The notes under the pieces were generated by a model. That model searched no databases. It worked only from the letters and a program-made list of their open reading frames with translations, and had not been told where the DNA came from. The position numbers and the translations under genes were made by a program. A DNA stretch of 64,000 bases. It comes from Shigella phage Sf19. Shown piece by piece: positions 40,572 to 50,607 of this stretch. Numbering within the stretch: position 1 is the stretch's first letter; every line of letters starts with the position of its first letter. The DNA is taken from the sequence record MF327005; one strand, given 5' to 3'.

Positions 40572-42716
40572 ATGGTTAAAGTACAAATTATTAAGAAAGA
40601 CGGTTCACTGGAAAACCCAAATGTAAATAAAATCGTCGAAGCAGTTACCAAGTCAGCTAATAGAGTTGGCTACAAAGAGTTACCACTAGAAGTTACCCAT
40701 GCTCTTGAATCAGCCTTTATGAGACTGCTTGTCAGAGCAACTAATCAGAATGCTATGCTCATCTCTGTAGATGATGTTCACAGTATTGTGGAAGGAACTC
40801 TGGCAGAGGTAAACCATGAAATCTATGAGTCATATTCAACCTACAGAAACTATCGTAAAGAGGTTGCACAGAATTGGGATGAACTTTACCAGAAAACTAA
40901 AGACACACTCTTCTTAGGTGACCGTGAGAATGCTAACTTTGATAGTAGCTTAATCTCTACAAAAGGTTCAATCATCCGTGGGTATCTGACAAAAGAAATC
41001 TTTAAGCAGTATCACTTGACACCAGAAGAAGCAAGTGCTATTGAAGATGGATTCATTTATATCCATGACTTAAGAGATTTAATCTTCGGTGGTATTAACT
41101 GTTGCTTGTTTGACATTGGAAGCGTCTTGAAAGGTGGTTTTGAAATGTCTGGCATTGAATACTGTGAACCAAAGTCTGTACTTTCAGCTTTACAGGTGAT
41201 TGGTGACGTTGTATTGTCAGCAACTGCACAGCAATTTGGTGGGTTTACTATCCCAGAGATTGACAAGGTTCTTGTGCCATATGCTAAGAAGTCTTTTGAG
41301 TATCATCTGGAGAAAGCAAAGCAGTATAATATCACAGGAAGAGGTGGTGCATACCATTATGCTAAAGAACAACTTCAGATTGAGCTAACCCAAGGCTTCC
41401 AATCTCTGGAAATGAAACTGAATACAGTTCCTTGCAGCCGTGGTGACTTTGCATTCACAACCTTAACATTTGGTTTACTTGAACCAGATATGGCTAGTGA
41501 AGATAACCGCTTGCAATTTATGATTGCGAAGACTATTCTTGATGTGAGAATGAATGGTCAAGGTAAGTCTAAAAAGCCTGTGGTATTCCCTAAACTGGTT
41601 TACATCTATGATGAAACAAGACACATGCTAGACCCTTGGCAGGGAACTCTTTATGACAAAGCTATTGAGTGCTGTTCTAAAGCTATGTACCCAGACTTCT
41701 TAAGTGTTTCTGGTCATGGTTCTGTTGCAGAAGCTTTTGAGCGTTCAGGTGCAGTCATCTCTCCAATGGGTTGTAGGGCTTTCTTATCACCATATTACGA
41801 TGAAGATGGTAAAGAGTTCTACACAGGGCGAGCAAACATTGGTGCAGTATCTCTTAATCTGCCAATGATTTACAAGTATTCTGAAGAGAATGGTTTAGAC
41901 TTCTGGACAGAACTTGACAAGTATCTTGAGATGATTAGAAGCTTTCATAAAAAGCGTTATGAGATGATTGCTAATATGCCAGCAAGTTCTAACCCTCTGG
42001 CATTCACACAAGGTGGTTTGTATAAAGGTCATAAGAAGCCAACTGACAAGATTGGTTGGGATACTGTGAAGTCTTTTACAGCCTCTTTCGGTGTCACTGC
42101 ATTGGATGAGTTGACAGTCCTTGCACAAGGTAAGAGATTACATGAGTCAGACGGTGGTATTGCAAGTAAGGTTTTAAACTACCTGAATGGCAAACTGGAG
42201 CAGTTTAAACAGGAAGATGGTTTCTTGTATGCCCTCTATGGTACACCTGCTGAGAGCCTTTGTGGTACGCAATTGAAGCAGTTTAGAAACATGTTTGGAG
42301 TTGTTAAAGGTGTATCTGATAAAGAATACTTTACAAACAGCTTCCACATGAATGTTGGTGCAGATATTACACCATTTGAAAAGCAAGACTTAGAAGAACC
42401 TTTCTTCCATGCTTGTAATGGTGGTCATATCCAGTACGTTCGTATTGCTAATCCAGAGAATCATAAAGCTATTAGGGCTTGTGTGACAAGAGGTATGGGT
42501 AAAGGTTTCTATCAAGGTGTTAACTTTGACTTGGCAATCTGTGAGAATTGTGGTCACCGTCCAAGTGCAGATGTTGAATTGTGTCCTAAGTGCAACTCAC
42601 ACGATATCTCTGTGATTAACCGTGTTTGTGGTTATCTTGGCTGGACTAAGATTAAAGGTACTTCCAGAATGAACGATGCAAAAATTGCTGAAATTCAGGA
42701 TAGAAAATCTATGTAA
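40572..42716 (+). CDS. nrdD: anaerobic ribonucleoside-triphosphate reductase (class III)
   Basis: C-terminal glycyl-radical motif NRVCGYLG and Zn cluster CENCGH...CPKC; start set at ATG 40572 after AGGAG. Confidence 0.9.
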   Translation: MVKVQIIKKDGSLENPNVNKIVEAVTKSANRVGYKELPLEVTHALESAFMRLLVRATNQNAMLISVDDVHSIVEGTLAEVNHEIYESYSTYRNYRKEVAQNWDELYQKTKDTLFLGDRENANFDSSLISTKGSIIRGYLTKEIFKQYHLTPEEASAIEDGFIYIHDLRDLIFGGINCCLFDIGSVLKGGFEMSGIEYCEPKSVLSALQVIGDVVLSATAQQFGGFTIPEIDKVLVPYAKKSFEYHLEKAKQYNITGRGGAYHYAKEQLQIELTQGFQSLEMKLNTVPCSRGDFAFTTLTFGLLEPDMASEDNRLQFMIAKTILDVRMNGQGKSKKPVVFPKLVYIYDETRHMLDPWQGTLYDKAIECCSKAMYPDFLSVSGHGSVAEAFERSGAVISPMGCRAFLSPYYDEDGKEFYTGRANIGAVSLNLPMIYKYSEENGLDFWTELDKYLEMIRSFHKKRYEMIANMPASSNPLAFTQGGLYKGHKKPTDKIGWDTVKSFTASFGVTALDELTVLAQGKRLHESDGGIASKVLNYLNGKLEQFKQEDGFLYALYGTPAESLCGTQLKQFRNMFGVVKGVSDKEYFTNSFHMNVGADITPFEKQDLEEPFFHACNGGHIQYVRIANPENHKAIRACVTRGMGKGFYQGVNFDLAICENCGHRPSADVELCPKCNSHDISVINRVCGYLGWTKIKGTSRMNDAKIAEIQDRKSM

Positions 42717-42785
42717 GTAGTTGACAAGGTGGTGTAGGTCTTGATAGGCTTACATCACCTTTTTTATTGAGTATGGAATTAACGT

Positions 42786-43043
42786 ATGAGCTATGATTTT
42801 TGGCCTAAATTTTGGTTATGGTTTCTTGGGATTGCATTAGTAATTCTGATAGGTTTTGCTGTGTATGACAGTTACCACACTAAGCTTTGGATGACTGCAA
42901 ACCATTGTCAGCAAACGTCACAGAGTAGAAATTACCTATACTATATGACAGTCATATCAGGCAACACTACAATCATCGTCCCACAAATCGGGACAGAGTA
43001 CCTGTATGTTTGTGATAACAACCAAACAATATGGTGGTATTGA
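42786..43043 (+). CDS. small membrane protein
   Basis: 85 aa, hydrophobic N-terminus FWPKFWLWFLGIALVILIGFAVY. Confidence 0.4.
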   Translation: MSYDFWPKFWLWFLGIALVILIGFAVYDSYHTKLWMTANHCQQTSQSRNYLYYMTVISGNTTIIVPQIGTEYLYVCDNNQTIWWY

Positions 43044-43139
43044 TGATGATTAAGACATTCTTGTTAGTCACCTTAGTAGGCTCTGTCTTACTAGGTTTCT
43101 TGTTAGGGCTTTTATACAACACATTGAAAGGAAAGAGAA

Positions 43140-43532
43140 ATGACTAAATTAAATAAAAATCAAATGGACTGGCTTAAAGACTATGCTTTAGAGTGTGGCT
43201 CTTGTGAGAAAACTCACAGAAAATACTCAGAGTTTTACATAGCATGTACTCTTTTAATAACTGACTCTGTTATTGATGACGCAAAGGATGATGACATTGA
43301 ACTCCCTACGGAGTTGAGTGATAAAGTCTTAGTAGTAACTGGAACATGGTCAGATTCATATGGTACAGAAATTGGTGACATGTCTTTCTACAGTATTCAG
43401 CAAACAATGAATCCAAAGTATGTTGCTTTGATGACTCGTGCTCAGGAAGATGAACTGCTTCAGGAATTTATTAAAGAGCATTGTGAAGAGTACGTCACAA
43501 AACATGTAAGTTTTGAAGTTGAGGTGTGCTAA
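43140..43532 (+). CDS. hypothetical protein
   Basis: 130-aa ORF between nrdD and nrdG. Confidence 0.45.
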   Translation: MTKLNKNQMDWLKDYALECGSCEKTHRKYSEFYIACTLLITDSVIDDAKDDDIELPTELSDKVLVVTGTWSDSYGTEIGDMSFYSIQQTMNPKYVALMTRAQEDELLQEFIKEHCEEYVTKHVSFEVEVC

Positions 43533-44017
43533 TGAACTACATGGAAATACGAAAATTCGATACAGCGAACGGTGAAGGTGCTCGTGTCAGTCTTTTTGTA
43601 GCTGGCTGCAAACATCACTGTGAAGGTTGTTTTAACAAGGAATCTTGGAAGTTTAATGCTGGTAAAGAGTTTACTTATGCAAACCTTTATGGCATTATGC
43701 AGATAATGAATGATGATGGAATCAGTGGTCTATCTATCCTTGGTGGAGAGCCACTTGATGATAGGAATGTTCAGACAGTAACAAATATCTGTAAGCGGAT
43801 TAAAACCGTATACCCAGACAAATCTATATGGTTATGGACAGGTTACCAGCTACATGAAAAAATCAACTTAGAAGTGATGAAATATGTTGACGTGGTAATA
43901 GATGGTAAGTATGATGCTTCTAAACCGACACACAAACCGTATCGTGGGTCTGACAATCAAATACTTTGGAGAAAAGAATATGGCTGGCAAGGCGACTGTC
44001 AATGGAGAGCAGAATAG
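43526..44017 (+). CDS. nrdG: anaerobic ribonucleotide reductase activating protein (radical SAM)
   Basis: CKHHCEGC (CxxxCxxC) radical-SAM cluster motif; ~160 aa; downstream of nrdD. Confidence 0.85.
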   Translation: MLMNYMEIRKFDTANGEGARVSLFVAGCKHHCEGCFNKESWKFNAGKEFTYANLYGIMQIMNDDGISGLSILGGEPLDDRNVQTVTNICKRIKTVYPDKSIWLWTGYQLHEKINLEVMKYVDVVIDGKYDASKPTHKPYRGSDNQILWRKEYGWQGDCQWRAE

Positions 44018-44042
44018 AGCGGGTTTTCGAAGAGGTGAGATT

Positions 44043-44300
44043 ATGACCATCTCTTGCAATAGCTCACTGTTTGGAGAGTATAAGGTTAACCCTAACACTC
44101 TTGAAGATTGGCAGAAGTACACAAAGAGTCTTTTTGATACAACTGGATTAGACGCTTTAAAAAAGCTTGCAGAAGTTGAAGTTTTCAGAGTAAAATATAA
44201 GTCACACATGTCAAACTTCTACGCAACAAATATTGTTGAAGATGACAAAGTGGTTTCCGTAACAGAAGAAGAACTGAAACAGTTCTGTATTAAACTTTAA
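44043..44300 (+). CDS. hypothetical protein
   Basis: Start set at ATG 44043 (GAGGTGAG upstream); track start 43902 overlaps nrdG. Confidence 0.4.
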   Translation: MTISCNSSLFGEYKVNPNTLEDWQKYTKSLFDTTGLDALKKLAEVEVFRVKYKSHMSNFYATNIVEDDKVVSVTEEELKQFCIKL

Positions 44301-44315
44301 TAGAGAGATATTAAA

Positions 44316-44573
44316 ATGGGAATTTTTTCAAACATGAAAGCAGGTTTCTTAGCAGCTCTGGCAAAAGCAGCAGCTATCGTTTCAATGACTGGTAAGCAGG
44401 TTGGAGTAGACGCTTCAGCAGTTGCACAGGTTCTTGCAAGCCAGATTGAACAGCAACCTTACATCCATGTTGGACGTGGTAAAGGTGGCAAGAAGCAAGC
44501 TCATCGCCAAACTGGTGCAGCAGCAATTAAACGTGCAGCTAAAAAAGCTCGCAACCGCAAACGTAGCAAGTAA
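44316..44573 (+). CDS. hypothetical basic protein
   Basis: 85 aa, Ala-rich N-terminus, Lys/Arg-rich C-terminus. Confidence 0.45.
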   Translation: MGIFSNMKAGFLAALAKAAAIVSMTGKQVGVDASAVAQVLASQIEQQPYIHVGRGKGGKKQAHRQTGAAAIKRAAKKARNRKRSK

Positions 44574-44584
44574 GGATTATTAAA

Positions 44585-44896
44585 ATGGAAAAGATTTATA
44601 ACACTCGTAAAATTCAGATTTCTATCCTGTGCCAGTTTATGGCTGATAAACACAAATCCCACTATTGTGGTACAGGTTTCCTTACTTTAGGTGGTGGCTA
44701 CATTAGCTTTAAAGAAGCTGTGAAGATGTACAACGAGCACCCTGAAGATGACAAAGAGTTGAAACAACTGAAGCTTACTTATGACAAGAAGCATAAGAAA
44801 ATTGTATGCTTGAACAACCTTATCAAGCCAACTGAAAACGTTTATGATGCAATTGGTGAGGAAGGTTTCTTAAAAGTCTTGAAAATAGCTCAGTAA
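44585..44896 (+). CDS. hypothetical protein
   Basis: 103-aa ORF. Confidence 0.45.
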   Translation: MEKIYNTRKIQISILCQFMADKHKSHYCGTGFLTLGGGYISFKEAVKMYNEHPEDDKELKQLKLTYDKKHKKIVCLNNLIKPTENVYDAIGEEGFLKVLKIAQ

Positions 44897-44909
44897 ACGT
44901 ATATGATTA

Positions 44910-44934
44910 GGGAACTGTAAAAGGTTCCCTTTTT
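44910..44934 (+). terminator. rho-independent terminator
   Basis: GGGAAC-TGTAAAAG-GTTCCC followed by TTTTT. Confidence 0.6.
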
Positions 44935-44948
44935 ATTTTGGAGAAATC

Positions 44949-45464
44949 ATGTACCATTCAAATCTGAAACGTGCTGCTGCAATGTCTGTTCTTCGTCTTG
45001 ATTTTGATGAGCGTCAAGAGTTCATCGAGTCACATCAGTATGACCCTTCAAATTCTAATCACATGGTGCTTTGGAATCGTGGTAAGTTCCGTGATAGTGC
45101 CTTGTTCCAGTACTACCCTCATTACACTATTGACAACCTCTATGAATACTGCGTTGTCAAGAACACTATTGCAACCCTTAATAAGCTTTGTAGATATTCT
45201 GGAAAGAAAGCTTTCACATTAGGCCACCATAAGCCCGTGACAAAAGGTGGAGAGCACCATTGCTCGAACTGGTTTATCCAGACTCAAGAAGATAACCAGA
45301 AGCAGGGAGAGAAGCTTCCAGAAGCCCCTAAGATGACTTGGGAGGAACAGAAAGCATATCTCAAAAATAATATGCCACCAATGCTTGACAGGGAATATGC
45401 AGTTCTGGCAATATCACTCTTGTTGAAGCTTGAGACAGTTTATGAGGCAACTTATCATGGCTAG
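44949..45464 (+). CDS. HNH endonuclease-like protein
   Basis: HHKPVTKGGEHHCSNWFIQTQEDNQKQG resembles the HNH His/Asn core. Confidence 0.45.
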   Translation: MYHSNLKRAAAMSVLRLDFDERQEFIESHQYDPSNSNHMVLWNRGKFRDSALFQYYPHYTIDNLYEYCVVKNTIATLNKLCRYSGKKAFTLGHHKPVTKGGEHHCSNWFIQTQEDNQKQGEKLPEAPKMTWEEQKAYLKNNMPPMLDREYAVLAISLLLKLETVYEATYHG

Positions 45465-45735
45465 AGAACAATGGGATATCAAAGAGCTTATTAGCGAAGC
45501 TGGAAATGGTAGTGAGATGTATATGATACGTGGTCACGTCCCAGATGCACTTGCTATTGAGATGATAGACCACTACTCCAACGGATTCTATAAAGAGTTT
45601 GGAGAGCCAAATATTGAACGTACTTGGACAAAACCAGTACCAGACGGAACAGGAAACTGTTCAGTTATCTACCACATTGTAGACCCAAAGAAATGTAAAT
45701 CAGCTATGGCTGTAACATTTGTAACTTTTGACTGA
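45457..45735 (+). CDS. hypothetical protein
   Basis: Start set at ATG 45457 overlapping upstream stop. Confidence 0.4.
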   Translation: MAREQWDIKELISEAGNGSEMYMIRGHVPDALAIEMIDHYSNGFYKEFGEPNIERTWTKPVPDGTGNCSVIYHIVDPKKCKSAMAVTFVTFD

Positions 45736-45745
45736 GAGATATATT

Positions 45746-46627
45746 ATGAAAACTACTATTCGAGTTCTACTTAATTCAAATTCCAAAGGTTCTCATCAAG
45801 AGACCTTCAACATTATCCAGTTCCCTTCTGGGGAGATTGGTGGTAACTTCTCAGAAGACTTAGTAGGCTTTGTTGAACATGCTGCTGGTAAGATTGAAAA
45901 TGTTATCTTCACTGTACAAGGTTATGACAAAGACACACTCTTTGCATTGGCTATGGCTAAAGAGGCTATTGACCGCTTGATTCCTCAGAAAGCAACCATG
46001 AAAACTGTTCTTTTTGGATTCTTACCAAATGCTCGCTATGACCGTCACATGTTTAAAGGTGATGCAGCAGCACTTAAAGTCTTTGCAAATCTTGTAAATG
46101 CTATGGAGTTCGATGCAGTATGTGCTCTGGATACTCACAGTAATGTTGCAGAGAATTTGTTTAAGAGCTTCTACAACCTCCCTCAAAAAGAGGCAGCAGT
46201 CCACTTTGCAAGTGACCCACGCATTGATTACTTAGTGGCTCCAGATGCAGGTGCAGCTAAGAAGACTGAAGAGGCTGCTAAAGAGGTTGAGAAACCTTAT
46301 ATTACAATGGCGAAGGTACGAAACCTGAAAACTGGTGAAATCACTGGTATGCGCATCCTTGATGATGTAGACTTAACAGGTAAGACTGTTATGATTCTGG
46401 ATGATATCTGTGATGGTGGTCGAACCTTTATCGAGGCTGCAAAGTATCTTCGTGAAGCTGGAGCAGAACGTGTAGAGCTTTATGTTACTCATGGGATTTT
46501 CTCTAAAGGTGTTGAAAATCTCCTTGACAATGGTATCGACCATATCTACACTACAAACTCACTAGGGGATGAAAAAGACCGTGGTCTTTCCCACTTCTCA
46601 CAAGTGACCGTAGCAAATATTGAATAA
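45746..46627 (+). CDS. ribose-phosphate pyrophosphokinase-like protein (PRPP synthetase family)
   Basis: PRTase loop VMILDDICDGGRT, FPSGE (cf. Prs RFSDGE), DTHS (cf. DLHA); start set at ATG 45746. Confidence 0.6.
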   Translation: MKTTIRVLLNSNSKGSHQETFNIIQFPSGEIGGNFSEDLVGFVEHAAGKIENVIFTVQGYDKDTLFALAMAKEAIDRLIPQKATMKTVLFGFLPNARYDRHMFKGDAAALKVFANLVNAMEFDAVCALDTHSNVAENLFKSFYNLPQKEAAVHFASDPRIDYLVAPDAGAAKKTEEAAKEVEKPYITMAKVRNLKTGEITGMRILDDVDLTGKTVMILDDICDGGRTFIEAAKYLREAGAERVELYVTHGIFSKGVENLLDNGIDHIYTTNSLGDEKDRGLSHFSQVTVANIE

Positions 46628-46635
46628 CAACTTTA

Positions 46636-46651
46636 GGGGCTGAAAAGCCCC
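46636..46651 (+). other. GC hairpin GGGGCT-GAAA-AGCCCC between the two NAD-pathway genes
   Basis: Perfect 6-bp stem with GNRA-type loop; no T-run, so function unclear. Confidence 0.35.
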
Positions 46652-46671
46652 ACTTTGAGAGAGATAAAAAG

Positions 46672-48489
46672 ATGACTAAATCAATCTATGCAGTACCAGC
46701 AGGTCTTAATGCAGATGCTTATAAAGCGGGTCATATCTATCAGTATCCAGATGCTACACAGTATCTTATGTTGAACTTAACACCTCGTGGAGATAAATGG
46801 TTTAACTCTCCGTTAGAGATTGATGGTGTTGTAGCTTTTGGTATTCAGCGTTTTGTAAAAGACTATCTGGTAGACCACTGGAATGCAACGTTCTTTGAAC
46901 GTGATAAGAAAGAAGCCATTGACGAAATCTTGGAAATCATGAATGGTGTCCTTGGTGCAGATGCTATTGGTCGTCAACATTGGGAAGAACTTCATGACTT
47001 GGGTTACCTGCCTGTTGAAGTCTACTCTGTAGAGGAAGGTACAATTGTCCCTATGCGTGTCCCGATGATTGTCTTCAAAAACACTGTAGAAGGATTCCAT
47101 TGGGTAGCTGGTTATCTTGAAGATGCTTTCTCTGCTGAAATCTGGAAGGCTTGTACGATTGCAACTATTGCACTGCATTACAAACGTATCTGTAAGCAAT
47201 GGGCTGATAAGACCTGTGACAATGACTTCCATTTACCTTGGCAGTGTCATGACTTTGCAATGCGTGGTATGTCTGGCTTCACAGATGATGCGTTTAACGC
47301 AGTAGGTCACCTGACAAGTTTTAAAGGTACTGACAGCTTCCCTGCTGTATATACAGCTAAACGTGCATATGGTCAGTTTATGAATGTAGGTGAGATTGGT
47401 AACTCTGTCCCGGCTACTGAGCACTCTGTGATGTGTGCAAACATCTCATGGAACAGTCTTAACAAAGAGGTAAGTGATTGGCATCTATCGCATTCTGACA
47501 ACTTACTTGATGCAATGCGTTGGCGTGGTGAGGTAGAAACTTTCCATCGCCTTCTGACAGAAGTTTACCCAACTGGTATTGCAAGTGCCGTATCAGATAC
47601 TTACAACTTCTGGCGTACTGTTACACAGATTCTGCCAGAGCTACGTAATGTAATCCTGAATCGTGATGGTAAGTTGGTAATCCGTCCAGACTCTGGAGAC
47701 CCTGTTCACATTGTCACAGGTTACAAAGCCATTGAATGGGAAACTGCTAAGTCAATGTTCTATAAGCACATGAAAGAGCTTGCACCGAACAATACACATC
47801 TGCATGACACAATCTTGAATTGTGAAATGTCTGATATTGGCTTTGGGTTCTCTGCTTGGCTAATCTCTGAAGGTTATGAGATGGTTGTTGATAAAGAAGA
47901 TTTTGAATCTGCTGATACAATCAACCTTATTACTGCTCAGAAGACTGGACAGTTTACTGTGAAGCGTATGCTGACAGCAGAAATTGACGGAGCTATCCAC
48001 ACGCTGTATAACATCTTTGGTGGCACTGTTAACTCCAAAGGGTACAAAGTACTGGATGAGCACATTGGGCTAATCTACGGTGATTCTATCACTCTGGAAA
48101 GGGCTAATGAGATTCTGTCACGTCTTGCTGATAAAGGTTTTGCAAGTTCTAACGTAGTGTTTGGTGTAGGCTCATACACCTATCAGTACCTGACTCGTGA
48201 CACCTTTGCATTTGCTGTTAAAGCAACTCTTGCACAGATGGATGGTCAAGAAATTATGCTGGCTAAAGACCCTAAAACTGACAGTGGTCTTAAGAAGTCT
48301 GCTTTTGGTGGAGTTGTCCCTATGTGGGATGGTGACAAGCTGGTAGCTGTAGATGGTTTTGGCTTTGCAGAGTTTGAAGGTGCAATTGACAACTGTCATA
48401 GTGCTTTGAAACTGGTATTTAGCAACTCGCAACCTTATGGTTACATTAACCTGCGCGATGTTCGAAATACTATTGACAAGCAACTTTAA
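46672..48489 (+). CDS. nadV: nicotinamide phosphoribosyltransferase-like protein (NAMPT/NadV family)
   Basis: Blocks matching NAMPT as recalled: HDFAMRGMSG, FKGTDS, VPATEHSV, VSDTYN, VIRPDSGDP, YGDSI, FGVGSYTYQYLTRD. Confidence 0.85.
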   Translation: MTKSIYAVPAGLNADAYKAGHIYQYPDATQYLMLNLTPRGDKWFNSPLEIDGVVAFGIQRFVKDYLVDHWNATFFERDKKEAIDEILEIMNGVLGADAIGRQHWEELHDLGYLPVEVYSVEEGTIVPMRVPMIVFKNTVEGFHWVAGYLEDAFSAEIWKACTIATIALHYKRICKQWADKTCDNDFHLPWQCHDFAMRGMSGFTDDAFNAVGHLTSFKGTDSFPAVYTAKRAYGQFMNVGEIGNSVPATEHSVMCANISWNSLNKEVSDWHLSHSDNLLDAMRWRGEVETFHRLLTEVYPTGIASAVSDTYNFWRTVTQILPELRNVILNRDGKLVIRPDSGDPVHIVTGYKAIEWETAKSMFYKHMKELAPNNTHLHDTILNCEMSDIGFGFSAWLISEGYEMVVDKEDFESADTINLITAQKTGQFTVKRMLTAEIDGAIHTLYNIFGGTVNSKGYKVLDEHIGLIYGDSITLERANEILSRLADKGFASSNVVFGVGSYTYQYLTRDTFAFAVKATLAQMDGQEIMLAKDPKTDSGLKKSAFGGVVPMWDGDKLVAVDGFGFAEFEGAIDNCHSALKLVFSNSQPYGYINLRDVRNTIDKQL

Positions 48490-48503
48490 AACAGTATGAT
48501 AAG

Positions 48504-48525
48504 AGGCTCCTACGGGAGCCTTTTT
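48504..48525 (+). terminator. rho-independent terminator
   Basis: AGGCTCC-TACG-GGAGCCT followed by TTTTT. Confidence 0.65.
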
Positions 48526-48542
48526 AATTTGTGGAGATTACT

Positions 48543-48878
48543 ATGAAAATTAAACAGATGAATGTTAATTTAATCATTGAAGAACGTTGGGAAAACATTA
48601 AGCGTCCTGAAGATGGTCATAAGTTTATCAATGAACTGTTTCAAGCAGCACAATCAGAGTTAGCTTCTGAGATTTATACAACGGTTACTTTGAAGGTCTA
48701 TATCAAAGGTCTTCCACAGAACCATCAAGAAGCTCTTGATTTGTTTCAAGAAAGGTTTTACAATCCAAACAAAAAGATACTTGAGAATAGTTTTGCAGTA
48801 TCTTCGAGTATTGTTCATGACAGGAGTTTTGTCCTATTCAGAACCATAGGAGATAAGGTATGCAAGGTTATTGGTTAG
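48543..48878 (+). CDS. hypothetical protein
   Basis: Start set at ATG 48543 (GGAG upstream). Confidence 0.45.
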   Translation: MKIKQMNVNLIIEERWENIKRPEDGHKFINELFQAAQSELASEIYTTVTLKVYIKGLPQNHQEALDLFQERFYNPNKKILENSFAVSSSIVHDRSFVLFRTIGDKVCKVIG

Positions 48879-49039
48879 AGATTGTTCTTTCACTCGGTTG
48901 TATTGTTGCTTTTGCAGTGTTACTATGCAAGTACTTCTCAGAGACCGAACCTTGTGATGAGTGTGAAGGTTCTGGGGTAGTTGGTATAGGGCATTGTTGC
49001 CCTTACTGTAATGGAACTGGAAAGAAATTTAAAAAGTAA
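48860..49039 (+). CDS. small membrane zinc-ribbon peptide (below track threshold)
   Basis: 59-aa ORF with TM segment and CDEC...CPYC; AGGAG upstream. Confidence 0.3.
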   Translation: MQGYWLEIVLSLGCIVAFAVLLCKYFSETEPCDECEGSGVVGIGHCCPYCNGTGKKFKK

Positions 49040-49101
49040 CTTGACAGTGGCATCTATAAAATTATATAGTTTGCCACATCGACAACTAAGGAGATATTCT
49101 T

Positions 49102-50607
49102 ATGCGCATGGTAAATGACCACGCAACGGTAATTAAAAGCTCAAGTACACTGGAAACCTCTCAGGCTCAGATTAAGATGACACCTGAAATGTTCAGTCTT
49201 CTAAGCTCAGGTGTTTACACATATAAAGAACGTGCTGTAATTCGTGAATTGTCATGTAACGCAGTAGATGCTCACATTGATTCTGGTAACGTTGATAAAC
49301 CTTTCTTGGTTCACTTACCAACTCGTTTCGAGCCATTCTTTGAAGTTCGTGACTTTGGTACAGGACTGACTCATGATAAAGTTATGAAACTTTACATGAC
49401 CTATGGAGAATCTACAAAGAACGATTCAAACGACTACATTGGTGCTATGGGTATCGGTTCAAAGTCCCCATTTGCAATTGCTCAGTCATTCACTGTATCA
49501 AGCTATGTTGATGGTGTAGTTAACAAATACTCAGTTTACCTTGAGAATGGTATCCCTCAAGTAACTAAGTTGACTACTAACCCAACTACAGAGCCAAATG
49601 GTTTAGCTGTTCGAGTAGCGGTATCCGATAACCGTATCAACAAGTTTCATGAAGAAGCGAGCAATGTATACTCGTACTTTAAAGTTAAGCCAGAGTGTAA
49701 TGTTGAGTACTATGACATTCTTGAAGCAATGACTTCCATTTCTCGTGAAGATGGTGTCTATGATGCAATGAAGTACAAAGAGAACTGGCGTTCAAATAGT
49801 AACAGTGTCCATTTCAATGTAATCATGGGTAATATTGCTTATCCTGTTGAAATGGGTGAGTTGCTTGGTTCAGAGTTTACAAGCATTCTGCCTCAGTTCT
49901 TCCGTAGTGCTGTAGACCTTGTTAACATCTACATGCCAATTGGTTCAGTGGCTATTGCTGCATCTCGTGAAGCATTGCAGATGAATGAGACCACTAAGAC
50001 CAAGATTGTTGAAGCTGTGAAGAAAATCACTAAGACAATCGTAGAAGATGTGGTAAAAGAGATTGCTAACAAGCCAACTCTGATTGATGCTGCTCAAGCC
50101 TATGATACCATGAGGAAGGAGGCTCGTGAAATCTTTATTCACGTCCAAGATTCTCTGGAATGGCAAGGCCAGAACTTGAAAAAACTTGAACAAAAACTGT
50201 TAGGTATCCGTCGTGGTCAGTTAACTGAAGCAGATGGTTCTCCGTCATTCTTGAAAGATGATGCAGGTAACTTGAGGCTTGACAAAGATGGTAATCCAGT
50301 TCCTAATATTGGTAATCTGTATGAACCTGTAGCATACTACAAGTACAGCAGTCTGGAGAACCGTATTCGAGCAACTTCAGCAACTTATTCACAAGATGCA
50401 GCAATGTTTAGTATCTTTGGTGCAATGAGTAAAGATAAGTTGAGCAACTATTTGTTCCTTATCAATGACCGTCGAAACAAGAACGGGTCTGAGAAGACAA
50501 CTGGTAAAAACCAGATTATCCGTGGAGCTTGCCGTGACCGTGAACAGGAAGACTCTAACTTCCGTCGCTACAACGGTATTGCTTTCTTGTTCAGCAGTCA
50601 GCAGTAA
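49102..50607 (+). CDS. GHKL-ATPase domain protein, rIIA-like
   Basis: Bergerat-fold motifs: N-box ELSCNAVDA, G1 RDFGTGL, G2 GAMGIGSKS; rIIA assignment from memory. Confidence 0.5.
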   Translation: MRMVNDHATVIKSSSTLETSQAQIKMTPEMFSLLSSGVYTYKERAVIRELSCNAVDAHIDSGNVDKPFLVHLPTRFEPFFEVRDFGTGLTHDKVMKLYMTYGESTKNDSNDYIGAMGIGSKSPFAIAQSFTVSSYVDGVVNKYSVYLENGIPQVTKLTTNPTTEPNGLAVRVAVSDNRINKFHEEASNVYSYFKVKPECNVEYYDILEAMTSISREDGVYDAMKYKENWRSNSNSVHFNVIMGNIAYPVEMGELLGSEFTSILPQFFRSAVDLVNIYMPIGSVAIAASREALQMNETTKTKIVEAVKKITKTIVEDVVKEIANKPTLIDAAQAYDTMRKEAREIFIHVQDSLEWQGQNLKKLEQKLLGIRRGQLTEADGSPSFLKDDAGNLRLDKDGNPVPNIGNLYEPVAYYKYSSLENRIRATSATYSQDAAMFSIFGAMSKDKLSNYLFLINDRRNKNGSEKTTGKNQIIRGACRDREQEDSNFRRYNGIAFLFSSQQ

